From Trichodesmium sp. jk18x7bins.61 (GTDB lineage: Bacteria; Cyanobacteriota; Cyanobacteriia; Cyanobacteriales; Microcoleaceae): DNA of 22,661 nucleotides. The notes below the pieces were generated by a model. The model ran no database searches and was not told the origin of the DNA. It saw only the letters and a program-made list of their open reading frames with translations. A program made the position numbers and the translations under genes. Below are positions 1-8,696 of the stretch, piece after piece. Position 1 is the first letter of the stretch. Every line of letters starts with the position of its first letter. The stretch spans positions 1-22,661 of the forward strand of contig JAJEAQ010000152.1 of the NCBI GenBank assembly GCA_022822685.1, in the 5' to 3' direction.

Positions 1-350
1 CCGATTATGTAGTCATTTGTTTTTCCCATTGACTCATGGTTTTAGGACACTTTTTCAGAAGGTTCAGTAATTTCCCCAATATCAACTCCCCATTAACCCC
101 AGTGTGCCTATACGCTTTAGCTCTGATTGAGTCCTGTTGCCAGCTTCACTCTAGGTTCTGAGTATGGTTCCCGAACTGTGGCCAGATAGGGATTCACGCC
201 TTCCTTAGCGGGTGGGACTAACTTTACAGTTTCACCCACATTCTTAACTCAGTTATCCGCCCCGTTTTGGGATTCGGGGGCTGGACTCTAGCCATACATC
301 CCTAACAAGCCTTAGAGCTTGTTAGAGTTCCTGCTAGAAACGAACCGCAC
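1..350 (-). mobile_element. 5' portion of a second group II intron (intron B), inserted inside the IEP ORF of intron A. On the minus strand it begins GTGCGGTTCGTT at 350 and runs off the window start
   Basis: Reverse complement of 339-350 is GTGCGGTTCGTT. The same 12 nt open intron A at 1188. The RT reading frame breaks exactly at this point (..KSYYA | CGSFLAG..). Continuation beyond position 1 is not visible. Confidence 0.4.
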
Positions 351-520
351 GCATAGTATGATTTGTGAAGTATTTTCTGAAGTCGTCTGGCTTTCGCTTT
401 ATTTTCACTTTTGACTGCTTGATAAATAGCTTTTTGGAGCTTGAATACTTTCCTCCGAACTTTGGCCCAGGGGATGTTAGACCATTCTGTGAACGTAGTC
501 TTGGAACTCGCTTGCGACAT
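351..520 (-). pseudogene. Group II intron-encoded reverse transcriptase/maturase, N-terminal ~56 codons only (RT domain 0). Truncated by the intron B insertion
   Basis: Translation matches RT domain-0 consensus up to KSYYA. It then diverges into intron-like sequence and hits a stop at 302. Confidence 0.6.
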
Positions 521-1188
521 TGTAACTCCTTATCAGTTTCTGATCTTTTAGTTAAATTGTGAGTACCTCAGCATATCCTTCTCATTACAGGTTGGCGTTA
601 GCTTCTTACTCCATCTCTATCCCTAATAAGCATTGCGCTTAGATTTGTTACTGCTGCAATCCTCGCTCGACCTTTGATTCCAGAGCTTATTAGGGGTTAC
701 TTCGTTCTATGTGTTTGGGTGTTACTGGTTTGAGATTTCATCCTCTCTCCCTGGGTACTTTTATAAGTCTGTACAAGTAGAGTAGTTATAACCCTTGCTT
801 TTCCCCTTATCCTAGCTTTTGGATGTAGTGTGTCAGTCTGTTTTCACTACTTACGACTCTAGAGAGTTCAAGACGGATGTTCACTTTCGTTAATCATTAC
901 CAGTTGGCTTGGGTTCAGTTTTGGGAATCAGACTTTCCTTCAGTTCCTTTTTCTCCCGGCTTCAATCCCTTGATAATCAGTCTTAGAATTGCGGGAGATG
1001 CCGTATCTCTTTGGACAGATGTTATCCTGTATGAGCCGGGTATCTGCTACCCATTGACTTAGAGATTGGCCTCCATTAGGCCACAACCACATAGTTATAA
1101 GGTTAGTAAGGCGAATGGAACCTCCTATTCCTTACAAGCTGCACACTTGGGCTATTTTGCCTGGGCTGTTCAGCTCAACGAACCGCAC
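351..1188 (-). mobile_element. Group II intron A, 5' region. 5' end GTGCGG at 1188 (minus strand), about 670 nt of domains I-III, then a domain IV ORF start at 520 that is interrupted at 351
   Basis: Minus-strand ORF 520->302 opens with a canonical group II maturase/RT N-terminus (TEWSNIPWAKVRRKVFKLQKAIYQAVKSENKAKARRLQKILHKSYYA; compare W..I.W.KV...V.KLQ.RIY.A......KVR.LQ..L..S). A GUGCG-type 5' end lies about 670 nt upstream, which is the expected distance. Confidence 0.55.
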
Positions 1189-1396
1189 AACTACGCTAAT
1201 GTGTAGATGGATGCCAAATTGTACACAGGAGTGATAGATACTAATACGCCTTTAAAAAACTGGCGGAAAGCCCCCTCTCCCTAAGGGTGAGCGTCGCGAT
1301 TAGAGCCTGGGTTATGCTTTCGGATACACACTTAATATAAATACATTTTTTAGCCTCTAAATCGTTGAAAAAATAAATATAGATTGTGATAACCAG

Positions 1397-1927
1397 ATGA
1401 AAAATACTGTTGAAATTTTATCTACAGAGGAGTTACGGCGTACTGTGACTCGCCTTGCTACCCAAACGATTGAAAAGTCAGGAGATTTATCTCAACTGGT
1501 ATTGTTAGGTATTTACACCAGAGGAGTTCCACTAGCAAAAATGTTAGCAAATCAAATAGAATTACTAGAAAGAGTCAAGATACCTGTGGGAGCTTTGGAT
1601 ATTACCTTTTATCGGGATGACTTAGACCAAGTGGGAATGCGAACGCCTGCTAAAACAGAAATTCCTGCCGATATTACTGGTAAAATTGTGGTGTTGGTTG
1701 ACGATGTAATTTATAAAGGTCGAACAGTAAGGGCTGCTTTAAATGCAGTTGTTGAGTACGGTCGCCCAGAAGCAATTAGATTAGTTGTGTTGGTTGATAG
1801 AGGTCATCGAGAGTTACCGATTCATCCAGATTTTACGGGGAAAAAATTACCTACTTCTAAGGAAGAGGAGGTGAAGGTTTATGTTCAAGATCTTGATGGC
1901 AGGGATGGAGTGGAATTATTTCGGTAG
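1397..1927 (+). CDS. pyrR: Bifunctional pyrimidine operon regulator / uracil phosphoribosyltransferase PyrR
   Basis: 176 aa. PRTase fold motif [18 protein letters not shown] plus the characteristic PyrR N-terminus. TAG stop. Confidence 0.88.
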   Translation: MKNTVEILSTEELRRTVTRLATQTIEKSGDLSQLVLLGIYTRGVPLAKMLANQIELLERVKIPVGALDITFYRDDLDQVGMRTPAKTEIPADITGKIVVLVDDVIYKGRTVRAALNAVVEYGRPEAIRLVVLVDRGHRELPIHPDFTGKKLPTSKEEEVKVYVQDLDGRDGVELFR

Positions 1928-2415
1928 AGTTCTTACGTTGTGCCAGAGGAATAACCGAACTAGCGATTTCAATCATTTTTGACTGAATGCATAGATGAGA
2001 GTATGAAGTCTAAATTATCAGGTATACAGGAGTGAAAATTATAGCACTTCGCGCTGGTGTATTTACAAATTTTAAATAGGTGCTTGATTCTAATTGCTTT
2101 AGAGTACTTTGACTGTAAATAGGCGAGAGCGACTTGCTATAATTTCACACCGGGCCATTTTTTTGATTATTATTGATGGTAATTTAATTCATGCTACTGA
2201 ATATTCTCAAGATTTATTAAAGTTATAGCAAATTCAAAAAAGGTAGTTACAGTATTAGTCTCTAGATTCCTACCATTATGGGAAAGCATTGTAGCAATGT
2301 TTTATGAAATTGGTATTAATAGAACTTGAGCAGGAAAACTTTCCCGATCCTACAGAGGATAATTAAGAACATCACCGGATATGATATTATCTACTAATAT
2401 GTAATAGCCAAAATT

Positions 2416-3320
2416 TCATCCCTCAATCCGAGCGCGTACTCTCGCTTTTCCCCCATACTTCTGCAAAAACTCAATTATCTTACCTGAAACATCAACTCTT
2501 GTAGCAGTTTCTATTCCTTCTAAACCGGGGGAAGAATTAACCTCCATTACTACCGGGCCATGATTGGAACGTAACATATCAACTCCAGCCACTCTCAGCC
2601 CCATTGCTTTAGCGAAACGTACAGCAGTTAAACGTTCTTCTGCGCTTAATTTAACTCTTTGTGCACTACCACCTCGGTGCAAATTTGAGCGAAACTCTCC
2701 CTCAGCTCCCTGTCTTTTCATTGCTGCTACTACTTTATCTGCTACAACAAAACATCGCAAATCTGCACCACCAGTTTCTTGAATAAATTCCTGTACCAAA
2801 ATATTAGCATCCAAGCCTCGAAAAGCTTCAATAACTGACTTGGCAGCTTGATAAGTTTCAGCTAAAACTACTCCGATTCCTTGAGTTCCTTCTAATAACT
2901 TAATCACCAAAGGAGCCCCAGCCACAGTCTTAATTAAACCATCAATATCTTTCGTAGAATTAGCAAACCCAGTCACTGGCAATCCTGTTCCCTCTCTGGC
3001 TAATAATTGCAGACAATGTAATTTATTACGAGAGCGAGAAATTGCTTGAGACGGATTGGCTGTAAAAACTCCCATCATTTCAAACTGTCTAACTACCGCC
3101 GTTCCATAAAATGTTTGAGAAGCACCAATACGGGGGATAATAGTATCAAATCCTTCTAAAGGCTCACCTTTATAAATAACTTGAGGCTTCCTAGATGTAA
3201 TATTCGTAAACAGCGTAAGTAATCAATAACATGAACTTCGTGACTGCGTTTTTCTCCTGCTTCTACTAATTTTATGGTAGAATAAAGACTTGGTTCAGTA
3301 GATAAAGCAGCGATTTTCAT
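2416..3320 (-). pseudogene. rimK: RimK-type ATP-grasp ligase (ribosomal protein S6 glutamate ligase family). A -1 frameshift in an A3 (plus) / T3 (minus) run at 3208-3210 splits it
   Basis: The N-terminal frame (ATG at 3320) reads [37 protein letters not shown]. The C-terminal frame reads ..[48 protein letters not shown].. through to ..[17 protein letters not shown].., collinear with E. coli RimK. The two frames join if one T is added to the ctgTTTacg run. The ATG overlaps the stop of the upstream gene (ATGA). Confidence 0.75.
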
Positions 3321-3802
3321 GATCTTGTTTTCTGCCATTTTTGATGAGTTTGTTGATGACAAACCTTAAAGTTTCCATCTAAATAGGACTTACATGGGTT
3401 AATTAAGAAAATCCCCCGCATGGCCTGTCGTCCCAATAACATTCTAAATCCCATTAATTTTCGATTAGTTAATGTTAGCTCAATTTGCCATTTTTTGTTC
3501 ATTAAATTGACTTCAGTTAAGATGACTGGACGTAATTCTACTTGACCACTAGAACTACGAACATTTCGTTCATCTATTAACTCTGCTTCAGCAATTACTA
3601 TCTGATTAGTATCCCATCGTTGAGGATTAACTTTAAATCTAATTCTTGGTTTACCATCAAGTTCAAATGTTTTAAGATCAAAAGCATGTAAAGCAGAAGA
3701 ACGAGCACCAGTATCTATTTTTGCTTTAATTCTAGTAATTCCAATTTCTGGTAATACGATCCATTCCAGCCAACCAATTATTGGTAATTCTTGATGTTGC
3801 AT
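3317..3802 (-). CDS. RimK-associated retropepsin-like / 'ATP-dependent zinc protease' family protein (PF05618-like)
   Basis: 161 aa. Sits immediately upstream of rimK and is translationally coupled to it by an ATGA overlap. The conserved D(T/S)GA motif ([10 protein letters not shown]) is present. Confidence 0.6.
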   Translation of the reverse strand: MQHQELPIIGWLEWIVLPEIGITRIKAKIDTGARSSALHAFDLKTFELDGKPRIRFKVNPQRWDTNQIVIAEAELIDERNVRSSSGQVELRPVILTEVNLMNKKWQIELTLTNRKLMGFRMLLGRQAMRGIFLINPCKSYLDGNFKVCHQQTHQKWQKTRS

Positions 3803-3925
3803 ACTGTTAGTTTGAGGTGATACAAATAGGTTTTACTACCCTGTGGCATCAGGAGCCAGAAGTGAGAAAAATCTTGACTATTTCTGCAGATGCGGTGGCT
3901 GGTAGTGAGTTGTATACTGATAATA

Positions 3926-3986
3926 AAGTTCGTAGTTTGGATGCCCCCATAGTTTCAATGAGGGGGCGGCATCCAAACTACAAACC
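3926..3986. repeat. Hairpin repeat, 'gttcgtagttgg' family member (aagttcgtagtttggatgcc ... ggcatccaaactacaaacc) with an inner CCCCC..GGGGG stem
   Basis: Near-perfect inverted repeat arms. The same arm sequences recur at seven or more other sites in the window. Confidence 0.55.
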
Positions 3987-4109
3987 AGAGTTATAGTCAG
4001 GATGGAAAAACTAGAAAAATTCTGGATATTTCTGTTATTAAGGGTTTAAAACTTTACCCTCTATATGATGTCTACAAATCAAAATATATTTTAAAGTAGA
4101 CTTTCTTCC

Positions 4110-5246
4110 TTATTTTAATTTTGACTTATAAAAGGGGCGTTTGACAACAATGGCTGCATAATTTTTGCCCCTAATTTCTACTTCTAACTTTTGACCTACT
4201 TTAGCTAAATTTTTAGATACATAAGCCAGAGCGATCGCTTTATTCAAAGTCGGAGACTTAGTACCACTGGTTACTTCCCCTACCACCTTACCATCACTTA
4301 AAACAGGATAACCATGACGAGCAATACCGCGCGAAAGCATTTCCAAACCTACTAAACGCTTTGATACTCCTTCAGCTTTTTGTTGTTCTAATACCTGACG
4401 CCCCATAAATTCTCCTTTTTTATCTAGATGAACTAACCAACCTAAGCCGGCTTCTAGAGGAGTAGTATGAGTGTCAATATCTTGACCATAGAGCGCCAGT
4501 GCTGCTTCTAAACGCAAAGTATCTCTAGCACCCAAACCGCAGGGAGTCACACCAACAATCAATAAACTGCGCCACAATTCCACACCCACATCTGGAGCAA
4601 CCATGATTTCAAACCCATCCTCCCCAGTGTAGCCAGTTCTAGCAATAAAACCAGGTTGCCCTAATATAGAGATATCTGAGTGCCCAAAAAATTTGATTGA
4701 TGCCAAGTCTTGCTCAACAAATTGTTGCAAATATGAACTTGCTTTGGGGCCTTGTAGAGCAATTAAAACTTTTTGCTCAGATATGTCTTGAAAATTAATA
4801 TCACTATCCTCTATCTTGGCCAATATCCAAGCTTGATCACGGGAGCTAGTGGCAGCATTGACTATCATAGTACCTCGTTGTTCATTAGTTACAGGATCGT
4901 TACTTTGACGATAGAAAATAAAGTCATCAAGAATACCTCCATCTGAGTTTAAGAAAACAGTGTATTGAGCTTCACCAGGCTGCAAGCGACTCAAATCTGA
5001 AGGTACTAAAAGTTGAAATTTTTCGATTAAATCATGGCCTTTAGCGATAAATTTGCCCATGTGAGAAATATCGAACATTCCAGCTTTTGTACGTACTGCC
5101 TCATGTTCAGTATTGATGCTGGTGTATTGTACGGGCATTTCCCACCCGGAAAATTCCACCATTTTACCATTGAGTTCCCCTGCTAAGCCATATAGAGGTG
5201 TGCGAGAAAGAGATTGTTTTGTAAAGGCTTCTGTTGGTTTGGCCAC
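4110..5246 (-). CDS. gcvT: Glycine cleavage system T protein (aminomethyltransferase)
   Basis: 378 aa, collinear with GcvT (MPVQYTSINTEHEAVRTKAGMFDISHMGK.., GYTGEDGFE..). Confidence 0.93.
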   Translation of the reverse strand: MAKPTEAFTKQSLSRTPLYGLAGELNGKMVEFSGWEMPVQYTSINTEHEAVRTKAGMFDISHMGKFIAKGHDLIEKFQLLVPSDLSRLQPGEAQYTVFLNSDGGILDDFIFYRQSNDPVTNEQRGTMIVNAATSSRDQAWILAKIEDSDINFQDISEQKVLIALQGPKASSYLQQFVEQDLASIKFFGHSDISILGQPGFIARTGYTGEDGFEIMVAPDVGVELWRSLLIVGVTPCGLGARDTLRLEAALALYGQDIDTHTTPLEAGLGWLVHLDKKGEFMGRQVLEQQKAEGVSKRLVGLEMLSRGIARHGYPVLSDGKVVGEVTSGTKSPTLNKAIALAYVSKNLAKVGQKLEVEIRGKNYAAIVVKRPFYKSKLK

Positions 5247-5630
5247 TGCTAGTTCCCTAATTTTATATATCTTTGGCGGAAATAGTCAGGAGAGAAATAC
5301 TGTTCCTAATTGGTCAGTTTTGGGTACTGCCATCTGATTTCTGCTCCTAACTCCAGGCTTGGTATATTCTGACTTTTCTTTGATGATTCTATGTCCTATT
5401 TACATATACAACAGGACATTTTTCTCATCTTATAATAGTAGGATAGTTCGGAGCGATCGCGCAATCATCCTCATGGAAGAAGGCACAAGGCACAGGGGAA
5501 AAGAGTGTGGAGATTTCAACCCCAAACAATTCGGTATACTGAGGGTGACGGTGGGGTATTAAACCATCATGTAGAAAAAGTCACGATTGTTTCTAGCTTC
5601 TTCCTCCTAATAGATATCTCCGAGAAATAA

Positions 5631-5660
5631 TGTAGGGACGTTCCATGGAACGTCCCTACA
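5631..5660. repeat. 30-bp perfect palindrome tgtagggacgttcca|tggaacgtccctaca
   Basis: Read directly from the sequence: 15+15 nt perfect dyad centred on a CCATGG core. Confidence 0.7.
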
Positions 5661-5708
5661 AGGGTTTGAGAACAGGTTTATATAATTCCAGGAGATGTCT
5701 AAGAGATT

Positions 5709-5876
5709 GTTTGTAAAACCGAGATTAAATTATTGCGTAGGATGGGTGAGGTAGAAATATCTCCTCATTTAAACCCCGCCCTTCAGGGCGGGGTTTAAAT
5801 TTTATTTGTCCGCCGCCGGCCATCATAATTAACAATTCTAGCTACATTAATATTTAGTTTACAAACAGTCTCTAAT
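5709..5876. mobile_element. MITE-like element copy A (~168 bp). TIRs are tgtttgtaaa / tttacaaaca, with a conserved internal GTCC(G/A)CCGCCGGCCA core. Carries a nested 33-bp palindromic insert at 5771-5803
   Basis: Aligns end to end with 15677-15825 (shared ends attgtttgtaaaac ... acaaacagtctct, many internal identities). Relative to copy B, copy A has the extra hairpin tttaaaccccgccc-ttcag-ggcggggtttaaa. Confidence 0.55.
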
Positions 5877-6035
5877 ACTGACTCTTTATGCAAAAGACTG
5901 ATCTAGAGACAAGGTAAAGGAAGAGTTGAAAAAGCCAGATGTTTGGTTACTCAAAAACCTCTAATTTTCAACTATGATCCGGATTGTTAAGACCTTGTAT
6001 TGTTGAAGACAGTTATATCTATTTTAATCTAGCTT

Positions 6036-6179
6036 ATGAATAATCAACCTAATGCCACTATCGATACGGATAACTATTTATTAAGAAGTGTACATACAAA
6101 CAGTTTCCCAAATATTTTAGAGCAATTAGGAATATCCTTAGTTGTTTCTACTTATCAAGCCGGTAAATTAATTGTATAG
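6036..6179 (+). pseudogene. In-frame N-terminal extension (47 codons, ATG at 6036) of the 6231-8357 gene, cut off by a TAG at 6177-6179
   Basis: Same frame as the 708-aa ORF. MNNQPNATIDTDNYLLRSVHTNSFPNILEQLGISLVVSTYQAGKLIV-TAG-RADNGVINTHFRGFNKPMGLAAT. A 47-codon open stretch with an ATG in AT-rich DNA is unlikely by chance (~5%). Confidence 0.45.
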
Positions 6180-6230
6180 CGTGCTGATAATGGTGTAATT
6201 AATACCCATTTTCGTGGCTTTAATAAACCG

Positions 6231-8357
6231 ATGGGATTAGCTGCAACTCATGAAAAAATCGCCCTGGGAACTGCTTATCAAATTTTGGATTTCCGCAATG
6301 TACCAGCAGTAGCAGCAAAATTAGAACCATTAGGCAAACATGATGCTTGTTATTTACCAAGAAATATTCATGTAACCGGAGATATTGATATTCATGAAAT
6401 GGCTTGGGCAAAAGATGAATTATGGTTTATTAATACCCGATTTTCTTGTCTATGTACTCTTGGTCATCCTCATAGTTTTGTGCCTAGATGGCGACCATCT
6501 TTTATTAGTGGATATGATTTAACAGACCGTTGTCATTTGAATGGTTTTTGCTTAAAAAATTATCAACCAAAATACGCTACAGCTTTAGGAGAAACTGATA
6601 CTGCTGCGGGTTGGAGAAAAAACAAAGCTAATGGTGGCATCTTAATTGATATAGAAACAAATGAAATATTAATGCGGGGTTTATCGATGCCTCATTCTCC
6701 TAGATGGTATCAGGAGCAATTATGGTTATTAGAATCAGGAAATGGTAGTCTGGCAAAAGTTGATTTAAACCAGAGAAAATTAGAAACAGTTGCTAAGTTG
6801 CCTGGCTTTACTCGTGGTATAGATTTGTGGGAGAATCTTGCATTTATTGGTTTGTCACAAGTGCGAGAAACTGCTGTATTTAGTGGGATGCCAATTACAC
6901 AACTTCAAGAACGAATTTGTGGGGTTTGGGTGGTGAATATTTTAACTGGAGAAACTGTCGCGTTTTTGAGATTTGAAGAAGGAGTCCAGGAAATATTTTC
7001 TGTGGCAGTTTTGCATAATATTCGCTTTCCTGAAATTACTGAATGGAATCAAGAATTGCTGGCAAGTTCTTATGTTTTACCTGATGAGGCTTTAGCTGAA
7101 ACAATACAACCTGCTTCAGAGCTGGCCATGGCTGAGACTCATTTAGTGAAAGGAAATGGGCTATATCAACAAGGAAAATTATTAGAGGCGATCGCTGCAT
7201 ATCAAGAATGTCTGAAGTTTCAACCAAATCTGACAAGAGCTAAATATAATTTGGGAGTAGCTTTAGGAGATAATCAACAATATGAGGATGCAATTGAGGT
7301 TTTACAAGAGGTAGTTACGACAGAGCCAGATAGTGCTGATGCTCACAACAGTCTTGGTTATGCTTATAGTCAAAAGGGTGATTTAGAAGCAGCGATTAAA
7401 CATTACGAAAAGGCAATTCACCTCAATGGTAGTTTTGCTAAAGCACATTTTAATTTAGGTATGACATTGTTGAAAAACGGAGAATTTAAACAGGGATTTG
7501 CTGAATGTGAATGGCGTTGGAAAACGGCAGAATTTACTCCGTTTAAATGTCCTCATCCTCAATGGAAGGGAGAAGATATTACCAATAAAACTTTGTTAAT
7601 TCATACTGAGCAGGGAGCAGGAGATGCGATTCAATTTATCCGTTATATTCCTCTAGTAGCAAAACGCTGTCGGCGCATTATTTTGATATGTATGCCAGAG
7701 TTAATTCCTATATTTAAAAATGTGGCAGGAATCGATCTATTAATACCACCAGGAGAGCTGAAATTATCAGAATTTGATGTCTATGCGCCCTTGATGAGTT
7801 TACCTTATATTTTGGGCACAACTTTAGAAACAATTCCAGCCGCTCCGAGCTATCTCAAATGCACAAATACTAATGTTATGAATATCTCGGATACAGGATA
7901 TAAAGTAGGTATTGTGTGGGGAGGTAGTCCAACTCATAAAAATGATCGTAATCGTTCTTGTAAGTTAACTGATTTTTTACCAATTTTACAAATGCCAGGA
8001 GTCAAGTTTTATAGTCTCCAAAAAGGAGAACGTACTACCGAATTAACTCAACTTCCGGCTCATATTCAAATAGAAGATATGAGTTCTCAGTTAAATAATT
8101 ATGCTGATACCGCAGCAGTAATAAATCAATTAGATTTAGTAATTACTGTTGATACTTCAGTCGCACATTTAGCAGGGGCATTGGCTAAACCTGTATGGAC
8201 TTTGTTATGTTTTAATCCTGATTGGCGTTGGTTAGAGGAAGGAGAAAATACTCCTTGGTATCCAACAATGCGGTTATTCCGTCAGTCTCAGTTGAGAGAG
8301 TGGCAAGAAGTGGTGGAAAAAGTGCGAGTAGAGTTGTCAAGGAAGACAGAAGAATGA
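6231..8357 (+). CDS. Multidomain protein: conserved N-terminal domain (possibly TIGR03032-like), TPR repeats, and a C-terminal GT9-like (heptosyltransferase-family) glycosyltransferase domain
   Basis: TPR block YQQGKLLEAIAAYQECLKFQPNLTRAKYNLGVALGD...AHFNLGMTLLKNGEF. GT9-like motifs GAGDAIQFIRYIPLV and DLVITVDTSVAHLAGALAKPVWTLLCFNPDWRW. The frame is open back to 6180. Confidence 0.8.
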   Translation: MGLAATHEKIALGTAYQILDFRNVPAVAAKLEPLGKHDACYLPRNIHVTGDIDIHEMAWAKDELWFINTRFSCLCTLGHPHSFVPRWRPSFISGYDLTDRCHLNGFCLKNYQPKYATALGETDTAAGWRKNKANGGILIDIETNEILMRGLSMPHSPRWYQEQLWLLESGNGSLAKVDLNQRKLETVAKLPGFTRGIDLWENLAFIGLSQVRETAVFSGMPITQLQERICGVWVVNILTGETVAFLRFEEGVQEIFSVAVLHNIRFPEITEWNQELLASSYVLPDEALAETIQPASELAMAETHLVKGNGLYQQGKLLEAIAAYQECLKFQPNLTRAKYNLGVALGDNQQYEDAIEVLQEVVTTEPDSADAHNSLGYAYSQKGDLEAAIKHYEKAIHLNGSFAKAHFNLGMTLLKNGEFKQGFAECEWRWKTAEFTPFKCPHPQWKGEDITNKTLLIHTEQGAGDAIQFIRYIPLVAKRCRRIILICMPELIPIFKNVAGIDLLIPPGELKLSEFDVYAPLMSLPYILGTTLETIPAAPSYLKCTNTNVMNISDTGYKVGIVWGGSPTHKNDRNRSCKLTDFLPILQMPGVKFYSLQKGERTTELTQLPAHIQIEDMSSQLNNYADTAAVINQLDLVITVDTSVAHLAGALAKPVWTLLCFNPDWRWLEEGENTPWYPTMRLFRQSQLREWQEVVEKVRVELSRKTEE

Positions 8358-8358
8358 T

Positions 8359-8437
8359 AAAGTTCGTAGTTGGGCTAAAGCCCCTTAATTAACTATCGGG
8401 CAGCATCCCAACTACAAACTCAGATTTTTTCATCAGT
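8359..8437. repeat. Hairpin repeat (aagttcgtagttggg..cccaactacaaac) plus a 45-nt tail that is duplicated at 8634-8678
   Basis: Inverted arms. 8393-8437 matches 8634-8678 at 44 of 45 nt (ctatcgggcagYatcccaactacaaactcagattttttcatcagt). Confidence 0.55.
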
Positions 8438-8599
8438 CAATCTGTAGGTAGGGTTGAGGCAACGTTGAGCCTGTCGGTGACCTGAACGCGGAGCGTCTCT
8501 GAAAGAGAAAACCCAACATATACAAGATTTACCCATTTTTTAGTTGTCAATGCTATATATAGTGTTGCACTATAGTTTGAACTGATTATAGATAGGGTT

Positions 8600-8678
8600 T
8601 TTGTTGGGTGGCGCTAGCGCTTCACCCAACCTACTATCGGGCAGTATCCCAACTACAAACTCAGATTTTTTCATCAGT
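8600..8678. repeat. Nested hairpin repeat (ttgttgggtggcgctagcgcttcacccaac) plus the second copy of the 45-nt direct repeat
   Basis: See 8359-8437. A similar gttgttgggtgg..cccaagctacag hairpin lies at 12769-12805. Confidence 0.5.
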
Positions 8679-8696
8679 AATTAAGCAAACATTATC

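Noticed and set aside
877-1062. 61-aa plus-strand ORF
   Set aside because: It lies antisense inside the group II intron domain I region and shows no protein-like features.
2100-2145. Promoter-like TTGACT / TATAAT hexamers between the convergent pyrR and rimK genes
   Set aside because: Spacing between the best -35 and -10 candidates is not canonical (23 nt). No downstream ORF or recognisable RNA is present, and chance occurrence in 70% AT DNA is high.
2564-2782. 72-aa plus-strand ORF
   Set aside because: Antisense to, and fully inside, the conserved rimK coding region.
5113-5562. ORFs 5113-5337 and 5359-5562
   Set aside because: The first overlaps the gcvT 5' end antisense. The second lies in low-complexity leader sequence. 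Neither has supporting features.
5247-5630. Expected a glycine riboswitch in the ~385-nt leader upstream of gcvT (minus strand)
   Set aside because: I read the reverse complement and found none of the tandem-aptamer signatures (GGAGAG .. ACCGAAGGGGCAA .. CUCUGGAGAG .. CACCGAAGG). This cannot be excluded without a covariance-model scan (Rfam RF00504), so I did not call it.
5771-5803. Rho-independent terminator-like hairpin (tttaaaccccgccc ttcag ggcggggtttaaa followed by T-rich sequence)
   Set aside because: It lies inside MITE copy A with no upstream co-directional gene. I read it as a nested palindromic mini-element, not a functional terminator, although it could act as one.
6220-7236. Minus-strand ORFs 6220-6411 and 7036-7236
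   Set aside because: Antisense within the conserved TPR-GT9 gene.
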